From Octopus sinensis (lineage: Eukaryota), in assembly GCF_006345805.1 (NCBI RefSeq), contig NC_042997.1, forward strand, positions 206,584,001 to 206,648,000: a DNA stretch of 64,000 bases, written 5' to 3'. Below, one piece after another: positions 1 through 11,074 of the stretch. Each line of letters starts with the position of its first letter. Positions within the stretch are counted from its first letter, which is position 1. The translations under genes and the position numbers were made by a program. The notes under the pieces are model-generated. The model did not search any database and was not told the DNA's origin. It worked only from the letters and a program-made list of their open reading frames with translations.

Positions 1-498
1 AAACACTGGGTGTCTTTAGCTTTTTGAAAGTGGGTAGGTGATGGGTGGGCAAGGTGAGAGAGGGGCATTGAATGTTTAAGATAAAAATTAAACTTTAAAA
101 AAAAAACAGATTTCCCAGATTCATAATCTCTGAATCTTTCTACATGGATAAAAAAATTAGAAATTAAAAAAGTTACAAATTAAGAAAGTGCAGTGGGGAT
201 GGATATAGGGGGGGGGGGAAATTAAAATTCTGAAAACGCGATTTCAGGGCAAAATCATATTAACCTCCTTTTATACAATGACACAATACATAGTTTGTGA
301 TCCTTCTTAAGAACAGAGAGCACTTTCATGCAAACCCATGCAGATTGTAACCTTCCCCGACCATTATTTTTAAACAAACAATAACTTTCATTACACCAGT
401 AATCCAGTTCACTATATAACAGTCCCATAAGAAAGGAACAAATAATACAATGCGGCTGTAGATCATAACACCCGGGCAACACCGGGATGCATTGCTAG
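1..498 (+). mobile_element. Non-autonomous Helitron-like 3' end
   Basis: GC-rich hairpin CCCGG-GCAACA-CCGGG (471-486) followed 8 nt later by CTAG|T (495-499), the canonical Helitron 3' terminus. The 5' end is outside the window. Confidence 0.55.
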
Positions 499-533
499 TA
501 CATATATCATAATAAATAAATATATATTTTTTA

Positions 534-574
<41 letters not shown>

Positions 575-586
575 TATCATATTATA

Positions 587-785
587 AGGCAGCAAACTGG
601 CAGCATCATTAGCATGATGGATGAAATTCTTAGCAGTAATTTGTCTGTTGTTACATTCTGAGTTTAACTTTTGCCAAGGTTCACTTTATGCTTTCAGAGT
701 CGATCAATTAAGTACCAGTGAAACACTGGGGTCGATGTCATCGACTCATTCCCTCCCCCAAATTTCAGATGTTGTGCTTGTAGTA
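587..785 (+). mobile_element. tRNA-derived SINE (family A), CpG-decayed
   Basis: Head ggcagcaaactggcagcatcattagc...ttctgagtttaa and body gtcgatcaattaagtaccagt...cactggggtcgatg. Similar copies at 10666-10850, 10903-11020 and ~54760-54830. Preceded by (ATT)n. Confidence 0.7.
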
Positions 786-789
786 GGGC

Positions 790-1205
790 TGATGCCAGTA
801 CTCCCTGACTGGCTCCCATGCCGGTGGCACATAAAAAGCACCATCCGAACATGATCAACACCAAGAGTGCTTGACTGGGCACTGTGCTGGTGGCACATAA
901 TGCACACCATCTAAACATCACTAATGCCAGTAACCACTGACTGGCTTTTGTGCTGGTGGCACATAAAAAGCACTGTCTGAACGTGATCGATGTCAGGCCT
1001 GTATGACTGGCTTCTGTGCCGGTGGCATGTAAAAAGCACCCACTACACTCTTAGAGTAGTTGGCGCTAGGAAGGACATCCAGCTGTAGAAACTCTGCCAG
1101 ATCAAGATTGGAGCCTGGTGCAGCTGCTCGCTCTCCAAATCTCAGTAAAACCATCCAACCATGCCAGTATGGAAAACAGACGTTAAACATTGATGACAAT
1201 GATGA
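790..1205 (+). mobile_element. RTE-LINE 3'UTR/SINE tail with internal short tandem repeats
   Basis: Repeated gtggcacataaaaagcacc motifs, then ggttgg..aggaagg.catccagctgtagaaa and a (GAT)n tail. The same tail ends the RTE at 11075-13430 and recurs at 29243, 37940-38110 and 48770-49085. Confidence 0.6.
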
Positions 1206-2021
1206 TATCATTTAAAATATTCATATTATATATAATACCTGTATGTATGTATGTATGTATGTATGTATGTATGTATACAGGCATATATACACACACATAC
1301 AGACATACCAACATATTCAGTTCAAAATTATAAATAACATGAAGATGAGATGAAGAAAGGAAAATAGATATAAAAGGGGAAATAGAAATAAAAGTCTTTT
1401 ACATTTCAAACATACACTCTTCTTCAAGAAGAAAAGAAAAGGAAACATAAAATGGAAAGAGAAAACAACAAATATGTCTGAATTGGATTGTCACTGCATG
1501 CTGAAATGACCAGAAGATGAAGAGGTTGCTAAAGGTATAAGTGGCAAGGGGGATAACTGTGTACCTGTTATCTGGGTGTGTGAGCATGTAAATCCTTGCA
1601 TGAGATGAATGTGTGTGTGTATATGCTGTGTATTTGCATGTCTGTATATGTGTGTGTCTGTATAACATTATGTGACATGTGTGTGTGTGTGTGTTGTGTC
1701 AAACTGGATAGAGGTGTTTGGTGGAAGATGGGTGGGGAAAGTGGTAGGTGTTGGGAAGTGTAGGTGTGTTATGACATAGTTGCTGTTATAAGCATGTGGA
1801 TGGGTAGCATGAGGGGTGGGTGGGTGCTATTGTGGGCGAAGAAGAGGAGAAGGAGTGAGTGCGTGTGGATGTGTGTACATGCTGTTTGAATGTGTTGGTG
1901 GGTGTGTGGTGTTGGGTAATGAGTTCACTGCACGGTGTAGAGTAGGTGTGTGTGTGTGGGTGGGTAGATGTTGAGGGGACACTGGGAATGTAAAAGGTGG
2001 ATGGTGTGTGTGTGGTGTGTG

Positions 2022-2145
2022 TGAAATCCACTCCCAAGGCTTTGGCCAAACACTGACCTAAAGCAGAAGACACTTGTCCAAAATGCTGTGAGTGGAATTG
2101 AACCTGAAACCACATGGTCAGGAAGCAAGCTTCTCATCCACACTT
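2022..2145 (-). mobile_element. tRNA-derived SINE (family B) 5' fragment
   Basis: Reverse complement matches the head gaagcttgcttcc..accatgtggtttcaggttcaattccac seen at 21400 and 26540. Confidence 0.6.
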
Positions 2146-2189
2146 GGATCTAAAAAGAAACATTAACTATAAAAAATGGTATTACTAAC

Positions 2190-3554
2190 CTTTCTGTACA
2201 ATGGCTGCAGCAACTCCTCCCCTGTGTTCCCGTCTGCCATTTGCAGCATCTGTGTCCAGAGTCGTGATGTCACCTTCCCTCAACACTATTTCACAGTTCT
2301 TATAATCAACATTAACTATTTCTTCTATAAATATTTCCATTTTCCTAATTTGCTCTTGTGTTCCTTCCAGGTGTAACTTATTATCTTTGAGACACACATT
2401 CTTAATTTTATTTTTCGCACCAAAGTCATTGATTTCTTGTTCTTTGAACTCTTTAAGAAAGAGGAAATGTTCAAGAGGCATCGATATATAAGATTCATAA
2501 GTTAAAGATTGCTCAAAGTTATCAATTTTGCTTTTTATATCATTAACTACAAAATCAACAGCAACAATAGAATTTTCTCCAATAAAATGGGAATCTGGAA
2601 ACTCTTCTTTTAGACTTTCAACAAATGTCAGCCACTTTCCATGATTTGGAGTATCCTTAATTTTGTCCACAAAATCCAGTGTATTGGCAACAAAAGTTTC
2701 TTTCATGATTTCTTCCAGAAGTGAAAGATGTGTTTTATCACTTGCATAAAGTATTACTGAATCACCATCACCCGTTTCCCATGAACCGATACATTTCTTG
2801 TTTCTCAGTTTTACATCAAGATATTCTTTCACTGTTTTTTTATTTATGATCATTCCAGTATTTAAAGGCAAAGGCAATTCAGATTTAACCATTGATTGAA
2901 GAATTTTATACATATACTTGTGACAAGTAGCTACTTCAGAATACTGGCCTTCAAAAATAACTTTGTTACCATGAATCCTGACTTGTAGACCTTCAAATTG
3001 TCCTTCTGCCAGCTCAAAAAATCTGTGACCAGATAGAATACGTCTTTCATGAATATTTAAATTAAACTCACATTTCCTTCTAAGATTATCCAAAAGTCTG
3101 TTTTTCATTTTAATCACATTACTTTTATCAAATCCCAAAATATTAGCTTGGAAATTCCGGTTATCAAAAAAAAAATACATCTTATCCTCTTCACTTTTAA
3201 ATGTTCTAGCAACATCTTCAAATATATCGGTTGGAACATCAATAATTTCAACAATAATGGAATATAATAACTCTTCCAAACATTGTTCAATTTGCTCAGA
3301 ATTTTCTTCAGAATATTTTAATTTCAGTGTATTATTCTTGGAATCTTTCCATATTACTTCAGCCCATTTCTTTAATTTGTCACAAACTATGATTTTATGT
3401 TTCTTTAAAAAGGTCAGATAGAACTTGGAAGGTAGTGAATAGTCATGGACTTGCTGTCTTGAAATGGTATTTTCTTCAGGTGGTTCCCAGAATGGTTGAA
3501 CATCTAACTTCACACCTTCCAGTCGATGTTGCATTCTACAAACGTCCAGCACAA
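2190..3554 (-). CDS. PARP14: PARP14-like large exon (end of RRM3, KH-like region, start of macrodomain 1); gene continues beyond the left edge
   Basis: 1365-nt open frame bounded by atttag|tt (3555-3556) and aaag|gttag (2188-2189), phase 1-1. Ends with macrodomain signature EIVLREGDITTLDTDAANGRREHRGGVAAAIVQK. RRM x3 - KH-like - macro order matches PARP14. A PARP9/15-type paralog is not excluded because the C-terminus is outside the window. Confidence 0.85.
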
Positions 3555-3763
3555 CTAAATTATGCAAAAAATAAAAAGATAAAATAATGTCGTTAGTGAG
3601 GGATTAGGGGTGAGCTGGGGAGTTCAGTGGGTAAAGACAGAAAATTATTCGAAGACAAAGTTATATGTTATTATTATAATAAATTAGCAAAAACAAAAAA
3701 ATATAACCAACATTTAACACATACTAAATAAACACTATCTCTATTAATTATAATAAATACTAG

Positions 3764-6700
3764 AAACATCACAGGAATGGTTTCAAATTTTGGCACAAGG
3801 CCAGCAATTTCAGGGGAGTGGCTAAGTCAATTACGTCAACCCCAGTGCTCAACTGGTACTTATTGTATTGACCATAAACATCACTGGAATATTGGTTTCA
3901 AATTTTGGCACAAGGCCAGCAATTTCAGGAGGGTGACTAAGTCAATTACATCAACCCCAGTGCTCAACTGGTACTTATTGTATTGACCATAAACATCACT
4001 GGAATGTTGGTTTCAAATTTTGGCACAAGGCCAGCAATTTCAGGAGAGTGACTAAGTCAATTACATCAACCCCAGTGCTCAACTGGTACTTATTTTATTA
4101 ACCATAAACATCACTGGAATTTTGCTTTCAAATTTTGGCACAAGGCCAGCAATTTCAGGAGGGTGACTAAGTCAATTACATCAACCCCAGTGCTCAACTG
4201 GTACTTATTTTATTTACCATAAACATCACTGGAGTTTTGGTTTCAAATTTTGGCACAAGACCAGCAATTTCAGGAGAATGGCTAAGTCAATTCCATCAAC
4301 CCCAGTGCTCAACTGGTACTTATTTTATTGACCATAAACATCACTGGAGTTTTGGTTTCAAATTTTGGCACAAGGCCAGCAATTTCAGGAAAGTGTCTAA
4401 GTCAATTACATCAACCCCAGTGCTCAACTGCTACTTATTTTATTGACCATAAACATCACTGGAATTTTGGTTTCAAATTTTGGCACAAGGCCAGCGTTTT
4501 CAGGGGAGTGGCAAAGTCAATTACATCAACCCCAGTGCTCAACTGGTACTTATTTTATTGACCATAAACATCACTGGAATTTTGCTTTCAAATTTTGGCA
4601 CAAGACCAGCAATTTCAGGAGAGTGGCTAAGTCAATTACATCAACCCCAGTGCTCAACTGGTACTTATTGTATTGACCATAAACATCACTGGAATATTCG
4701 TTTCAAATTTTGGCACAAGACCAGCAAATTCAGGAGAGTGGCTAAGTCAATTACATCAACCCCAGTGCTCAACTGGTACTTATTTTATTGACCATAAACA
4801 TCACTGGAATATTGGTTTCAAATTTTGGCACAAGGCCAGCAATTTCAGGAGTGTGTCTAAGTCAATTACATCAACCCCAGTGCTCAACTGGTACTTATTT
4901 TATTGACCATAAACATCACTGGAATATTGGTTTCAAATTTTGGCACAAGGCCAGCAATTTCAGGAGAGTGGCTAAGTCAATTACATCAACCCCAGTGCTC
5001 AACTGGTACTTATTTTATTGACCATAAACATCACTGGAATATTGGTTTCAAATTTTGGCACAAGACCAGCAAATTCAGGAGAGTGGCTAAGTCAATTACA
5101 TCAACCCCAGTGCTCAACTGGTACTTATTGTATTGACCATAAACATCACTGGAATATTGGTTTCAAATTTTGGCACAAGGCCAGCAATTTCAGGAGAGTG
5201 TCTAAGTCAATTACATCAACACCAGTGCTCAACTGCTACTTATTTTATTGACCATAAACATCACTGGAATATTGGTTTCAAATTTTGGCACAAGACCAGC
5301 AAATTCAGGAGAGTGGCTAAGTCAATTACATCAACCCCAGTGCTCAACTGGTACTTATTTTATTGACCATAAACATCACTGGAATATTGGTTTCAAATTT
5401 TGGCACAAGGCCTGCAATTTCAGGAGAGTGTCTAAGTCAATTACATCAACACCAGTGCTCAACTGGTACTTATTGTATTGACCATAAACATCACTGGAAT
5501 ATTGGTTTCAAATTTTGGCACAAGGCCAGCAATTTCAGGAGAGTGTCTAAGTCAATTACATCAACACCAGTGCTCAACTGGTACTTATTTTATTGACCAT
5601 AAACATCACTGGAATATTGGTTTCAAATTTTGGCACAAGACCAGCAAATTCAGGAGAGTGGCTAAGTCATTACATCAACCCCAGTGCTCAACTGGTACTT
5701 ATTTTATTGACCATAACATCACTGGAATATTGGTTTCAAATTTTGGCACAAGGCCAGCAATTTCAGGAGTGTGTCTAAGTCAATTACATCAACCCCAGTG
5801 CTCAACTGGTACTTATTTTATTGACCATAAACATCACTGGAATATTGGTTTCAAATTTTGGCACAAGGCCAGCAATTTCAGGAGAGTGGCTAAGTCAATT
5901 ACATCAACCCCAGTGCTCAACTGGTACTTATTTTATTGACCATAAACATCACTGGAATATTGGTTTCAAATTTTGGCACAAGACCAGCAAATTCAGGAGA
6001 GTGGCTAAGTCAATTACATCAACCCCAGTGCTCAACTGGTACTTATTGTATTGACCATAACATCACTGGAATATTGGTTTCAAATTTTGGCACAAGGCCT
6101 GCAATTTCAGGAGAGTGTCTAAGTCAATTACATCAACACCAGTGCTCAACTGCTACTTATTTTATTGACCATAAACATCACTGGAATATTGGTTTCAAAT
6201 TTTGGCACAAGACCAGCAAATTCAGGAGAGTGGCTAAGTCAATTACATCAACCCCAGTGCTCAACTGGTACTTATTTTATTGACCATAAACATCACTGGA
6301 ATATTGGTTTCAAATTTTGGCACAAGGCCTGCAATTTCAGGAGAGTGTCTAAGTCAATTACATCAACACCAGTGCTCAACTGGTACTTATTGTATTGACC
6401 ATAAACATCACTGGAATATTGGTTTCAAATTTTGGCACAAGGCCAGCAATTTCAGGAGAGTGTCTAAGTCAATTACATCAACACCAGTGCTCAACTGGTA
6501 CTTATTTTATTGACCATAAACATCACTGGAATATTGGTTTCAAATTTTGGCACAAGACCAGCAAATTCAGGAGAGTGGCTAAGTCAATTACATCAACCCC
6601 AGTGCTCAACTGCTACTTATATTATTGACCATAAACATCACTGGAATTTTGCTTTCAAATTTTGGCACAAGACCAGCAATTTCAGGAGAGTGGCTAAGTC

Positions 6701-8488
6701 AATTACATCAACCCCAGTGCTCAACTGCTACTTATTTTATTGACCATAAACATCACTGGAATTTTGCTTTCAAATTTTGGCACAAGACCAGCAATTTCAG
6801 GAGAGTGGCTAAGTCAATTACATCAACCCCAGTGCTCAACTGGTACTTATTTTATTGACCATAAACATCACTGGAATTTTGCTTTCAAATTTTGGCACAA
6901 GACCAGCAATTTCAGGAGAGTGGCTAAGTCAATTACATCAACCCCAGTGCTCAACTGCTACTTATTTTATTGACCATAAACATCACTGGAATATTGGTTT
7001 CAAATTTTGGCACAAGGCCAGCAATTTCAGGAGAGTGGCTAAGTCAATTACATCAACCCCAGTGCTCAACTGGTACTTATTTTATTAACCATAAACATCA
7101 CTGGAATTTTGGTTTCAAATTTTGGCACAAGGCCAGCAATTTCAGGAGAGTGTCTAAGTCAATTACATCAACCCCAGTACTCAACTGGTATTTATTTTAT
7201 TGACCACTAACATCACTGGAATTTTGCTTTCAAATATTGGCAGAAGGCCAGCAATTTCAGGAGAGTGTCTAAGTCAATTACATCAACACCAGTGCTCAAC
7301 TGGTACTTATTGTATTGACCATAAACATCACTGGAATATTGGTTTCAAATTTTGGCACAAGGCCAGCAATTTCAGGAGAGTGTCTAAGTCAATTACATCA
7401 ACACCAGTGCTCAACTGGTACTTATTTTATTGACCATAAACATCACTGGAATATTGGTTTCAAATTTTGGCACAAGACCAGCAAATTCAGGAGAGTGGCT
7501 AAGTCAATTACATCAACCCCAGTGCTCAACTGCTACTTATTTTATTGACCATAAACATCACTGGAATTTTGCTTTCAAATTTTGGCACAAGACCAGCAAT
7601 TTCAGGAGAGTGGCTAAGTCAATTACATCAACCCCAGTGCTCAACTGGTACTTATTTTATTGACCATAAACCTCACTGGAATTTTGCTTTCAAATTTTGG
7701 CACAAGACCAGCAATTTCAGGAGAGTGGCTAAGTCAATTACATCAACCCCAGTGCTCAACTGCTACTTATTTTATTGACCATAAACATCACTGGAATTTT
7801 GCTTTCAAATTTTGGCACAAGACCAGCAATTTCAGGAGAGTGGCTAAGTCAATTACATCAACCCCAGTGCTCAACTGCTACTTATTTTATTGACCATAAA
7901 CATCACTGGAATTTTGCTTTCAAATTTTGGCACAAGACCAGCAATTTCAGGAGAGTGGCTAAGTCAATTACATCAACCCCAGTGCTCAACTGCTACTTAT
8001 TTTATTGACCATAAACATCACTGGAATATTGGTTTCAAATTTTGGCACAAGGCCAGCAATTTCAGGAGAGTGGCTAAGTCAATTACATCAACCCCAGTGC
8101 TCAACTTGTACTTATTTTATTAACCATAAACATCACTGGAATTTTGGTTTCAAATTTTGGCACAAGGCCAGCAATTTCAGGAGAGTGTCTAAGTCAATTA
8201 CATCAACCCCAGTACTCAACTGGTATTTATTTTATTGACCACTAACATCACTGGAATTTTGCTTTCAAATATTGGCACAAGGCCAGCAATTTCAGGAGAG
8301 TGTCTAAGTCAATTACATCAACCCCAGAGCCCAATTGGTATTTATTTTATTGACCATAAACATCACTGGAATATTAGTTTCAAATTTTGGCACAAGGCCA
8401 GCAATTTCAGGAGAGAGTCTAAGTCAATTGCATCAACCCCAGTGCTCAACTGGTACTTATTTTATTGACCATAAACATGACTGGAATT
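3764..8488. repeat. 115-bp tandem satellite, about 41 copies, SINE-derived
   Basis: Unit aaacatcactggaatattggtttcaaattttggcacaaggccagcaatttcaggagagtggctaagtcaattacatcaaccccagtgctcaactggtacttattttattgaccat recurs every 115 bp. This explains the staggered 77-aa ORFs. Confidence 0.97.
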
Positions 8489-8814
8489 TCTGATATCAAG
8501 ATTAACTGCACATGACCTTGTAGTTTTCCAGAGGTTATTCATTCAGAGATGCACATATCATCTGCCAACAAGGAATATGGTAAACTGGTTGAGGTCAAAC
8601 AACTGACAAATAAATGTGTGATAATAAGCAGAATATTTGCTGAAGCTCATCTTTTATATCAAAAGAAAACAACGCACTTGTTAACACTTCCAATCAAATA
8701 AGATCAAATGCCACAATAAACATTACCTTATTATTAACGTTATTATCATTATTATTTTTGTTGTTTTTGTTATTGTTGTTGTCCTTATTGCTGTTGTTGT
8801 TGTTATAATTATCA

Positions 8815-9365
8815 TTAGAGCAGTGCATGCCATCAAAGTGATACTGGGGTAAAATATATGAAGCCCAGTATACCCATCATGACTACCCGTCTGATAAGAG
8901 TACACCAGGCACATGCATCACAACCATATGTGCATGACATGGTGATCTCATATGAAGATAAACAGCACATGACCTTGCAGGTGGGGCCCAGTTAGAATTT
9001 TCTTCAGGTCGAGTAACCCATCCCGTTCAAAAGGTCCCTGAATAAGGATTGTTTATGGATGTGGAGTGAACCACCCATGTTTCCAAAAGTGAATTATCCA
9101 AACCCCAAAGAATCCCTCTCAACACATGGCTATGATGCTCCCCAACTACTTCTGCTTGTGATCAGAGATGCACATATCGTCAGCCACTAAGGGACATGGT
9201 CAACTGGTTAAGGTCAAACAATTGACAAGCAAATCTGTGGTATTGAGCAGAATATTTGCTGTAGTCCATCTTTTATACCAAGACAAAACAATGTACATGA
9301 TAACACTTCCAATCAGTTAAGATCAGAAGCCATGAGAGCCACTGCCTGGGACTGCATCAGGGCAT
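8815..9365. repeat. Interspersed repeat of unclassified type, flanked by (ATT)n tracts
   Basis: A partial diverged copy lies at ~8505-8715 and an inverted partial copy at ~20185-20283 (cccagtatacccatcatgactaccc.tctgataag). Confidence 0.6.
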
Positions 9366-9630
9366 TTATTATTATTATTATTGTTATTATTATTATTATT
9401 ATTATTATCATCATTATTATTTCCATCATCATCTTTCAGTTCTGCCAAGTGCCTTCCTGACACCTAGGGCAGAGAAACACACAGTATACATCAGTAGGCA
9501 ATTAAAATAAACACGCTAACTCATTCATTTACAAAGTCATGTGATAGAGAAAAAGGAGAAAAAAGACAGAGAAAAAATAAAAAAATAAAAAAGTAAACAG
9601 GGAAAATAAAGGGGAAAAAAGAAAGAAAAT

Positions 9631-10620
9631 TCACAGCAACGATGCTCTTCTTAATACGTGTGACCAGTTACCAGTTAAGACAATCTTTTGCACTTCCTGC
9701 ATGGATGGTAAGCCAGGGATCATTCTTAAATAATTTTCAGTTCCTGTTTTGATCATTCCAACTGCTCCTACAATCACTGGTATTGTAGCCATCTTGAGAT
9801 GCGACATCTTTTTGATTTCAATCAGCAGATCTTTATATTTTCTGAGTTTATCAAATTCTTTTGCTGAGACATCATAGTCACAAAGTACGCTCACATCAAT
9901 CAGTAAACAGACTTTATTGTTTTGGTCTTTCACAACAATTTCTGGTTTATTAGCTTTGATGGTCACATCTGTACATACTGGGAAGTCCCAAAGAATCGTT
10001 ACATTTTCTCCCTCTCTAACAGCCTCAGGGTGGTGCCTGTACCATTTGTCAGCAATTTTGATTTTATGATACTGATACATTATCCAAAGTAGATACTGGT
10101 CGACACTGTCATTTCTTGATTTATACTCTACTGGTGCTAAATCCTTACACCCAGAGATTAGGTGGTCCACTGTTTCAATCCCATCCTTACAGTATAGGCA
10201 CTTTTAGTCTAAACAATTTTTCATCACATTGGCTTGATAGTTCTGCGTCAATAAGTTCTGCTCTTGGACAGCCAAGATAAAGCCTTCACTCTCTGCCGTT
10301 AGCCCTGAGCTCCCTAGCCACTGATGGGTGTGCTTCTGGTCTATATCAGCTTGTTTGCTATGGGCCACATATTTGCCATGCTGAGCATTTTGTTCTGACC
10401 TAGCATCCAATTGTTCAAGCGCGTTTTGCTTTGCTCTTCATTTCACCTTCTTTGCAACTACAGTTGCTGCACATCCCTCATGCAGTTCAACCAGGGTATT
10501 ATGTATAAACTCGCTTGAAACATTTTTTACTCTCCTTCATAATAGAATATAGCTTCTTTTGTCTTTCATGGTTTCAACCAGCTTCAGCATCTAGTTGTTA
10601 GATGTTTCAAGATGTTTCAC
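9631..10620 (-). mobile_element. R4/Dong-like non-LTR retrotransposon 3' fragment (CCHC and restriction-like endonuclease), decayed
   Basis: SEGFILAVQEQNLLTQNY, DHLISGC..LA..EY, ILWDFPVCTD..IKANKPEIVV...LIDVSV, IPVIVGAVG motifs of RLE-type LINEs, broken by stops. Confidence 0.8.
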
Positions 10621-10623
10621 CAA

Positions 10624-10665
<42 letters not shown>

Positions 10666-10666
<1 letters not shown>

Positions 10667-11020
10667 GGTGGTGAGCTAGCAGAATCATTAGCACACTGGG
10701 CAGAATGCTTAGCAGTATTTCATATGTCACTAAGTTCTGAGTTTAAATTCCACTGAGGTTGACTTTGCCTTTCATCCTTTTGGGGTTGATAAATTAAGTA
10801 ACAGTGAAACACTGGGATAAATGTAAGTGACTAGTAATCCCTCCCTTCCAAACGTGATCTCCCTTCTAGCAAAATTCTAAATTATTTTTCTTATTATTAT
10901 TAAGTGGGCGAGCTACAACTGTTAACATGCTGAGTGAAATGGTTGGTGGCATTTCATCCATTTTTATGTTCTGGGTTCAAATGTCCACTGTGGTTGAATT
11001 TGTCTTTCATCATTTCAGGG
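10666..11020 (+). mobile_element. Two adjacent family A SINE copies
   Basis: ggtggtgagctagcagaatcattagcac and gtgggcgagctacaactgttaacatgctg heads, each with gttctg.gtt.aaat B-box-like motifs and each preceded by (ATT)n. Confidence 0.65.
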
Positions 11021-11074
11021 TTCATTTTGTACACCATTATGACAAATGTGGTTACAGTCGTCATCGTCATCATC

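Noticed and set aside
1-2189. Next PARP14-like exon continuing the macrodomain
   Set aside because: I found no phase-1 exon with macrodomain residues here; the region is Helitron, SINE and TG-rich repeat.
3777-8468. Dozens of 77-aa ORFs as a tandem peptide gene family
   Set aside because: They are by-products of a 115-bp unit (not a multiple of 3) derived from a SINE, and most start at TTG.
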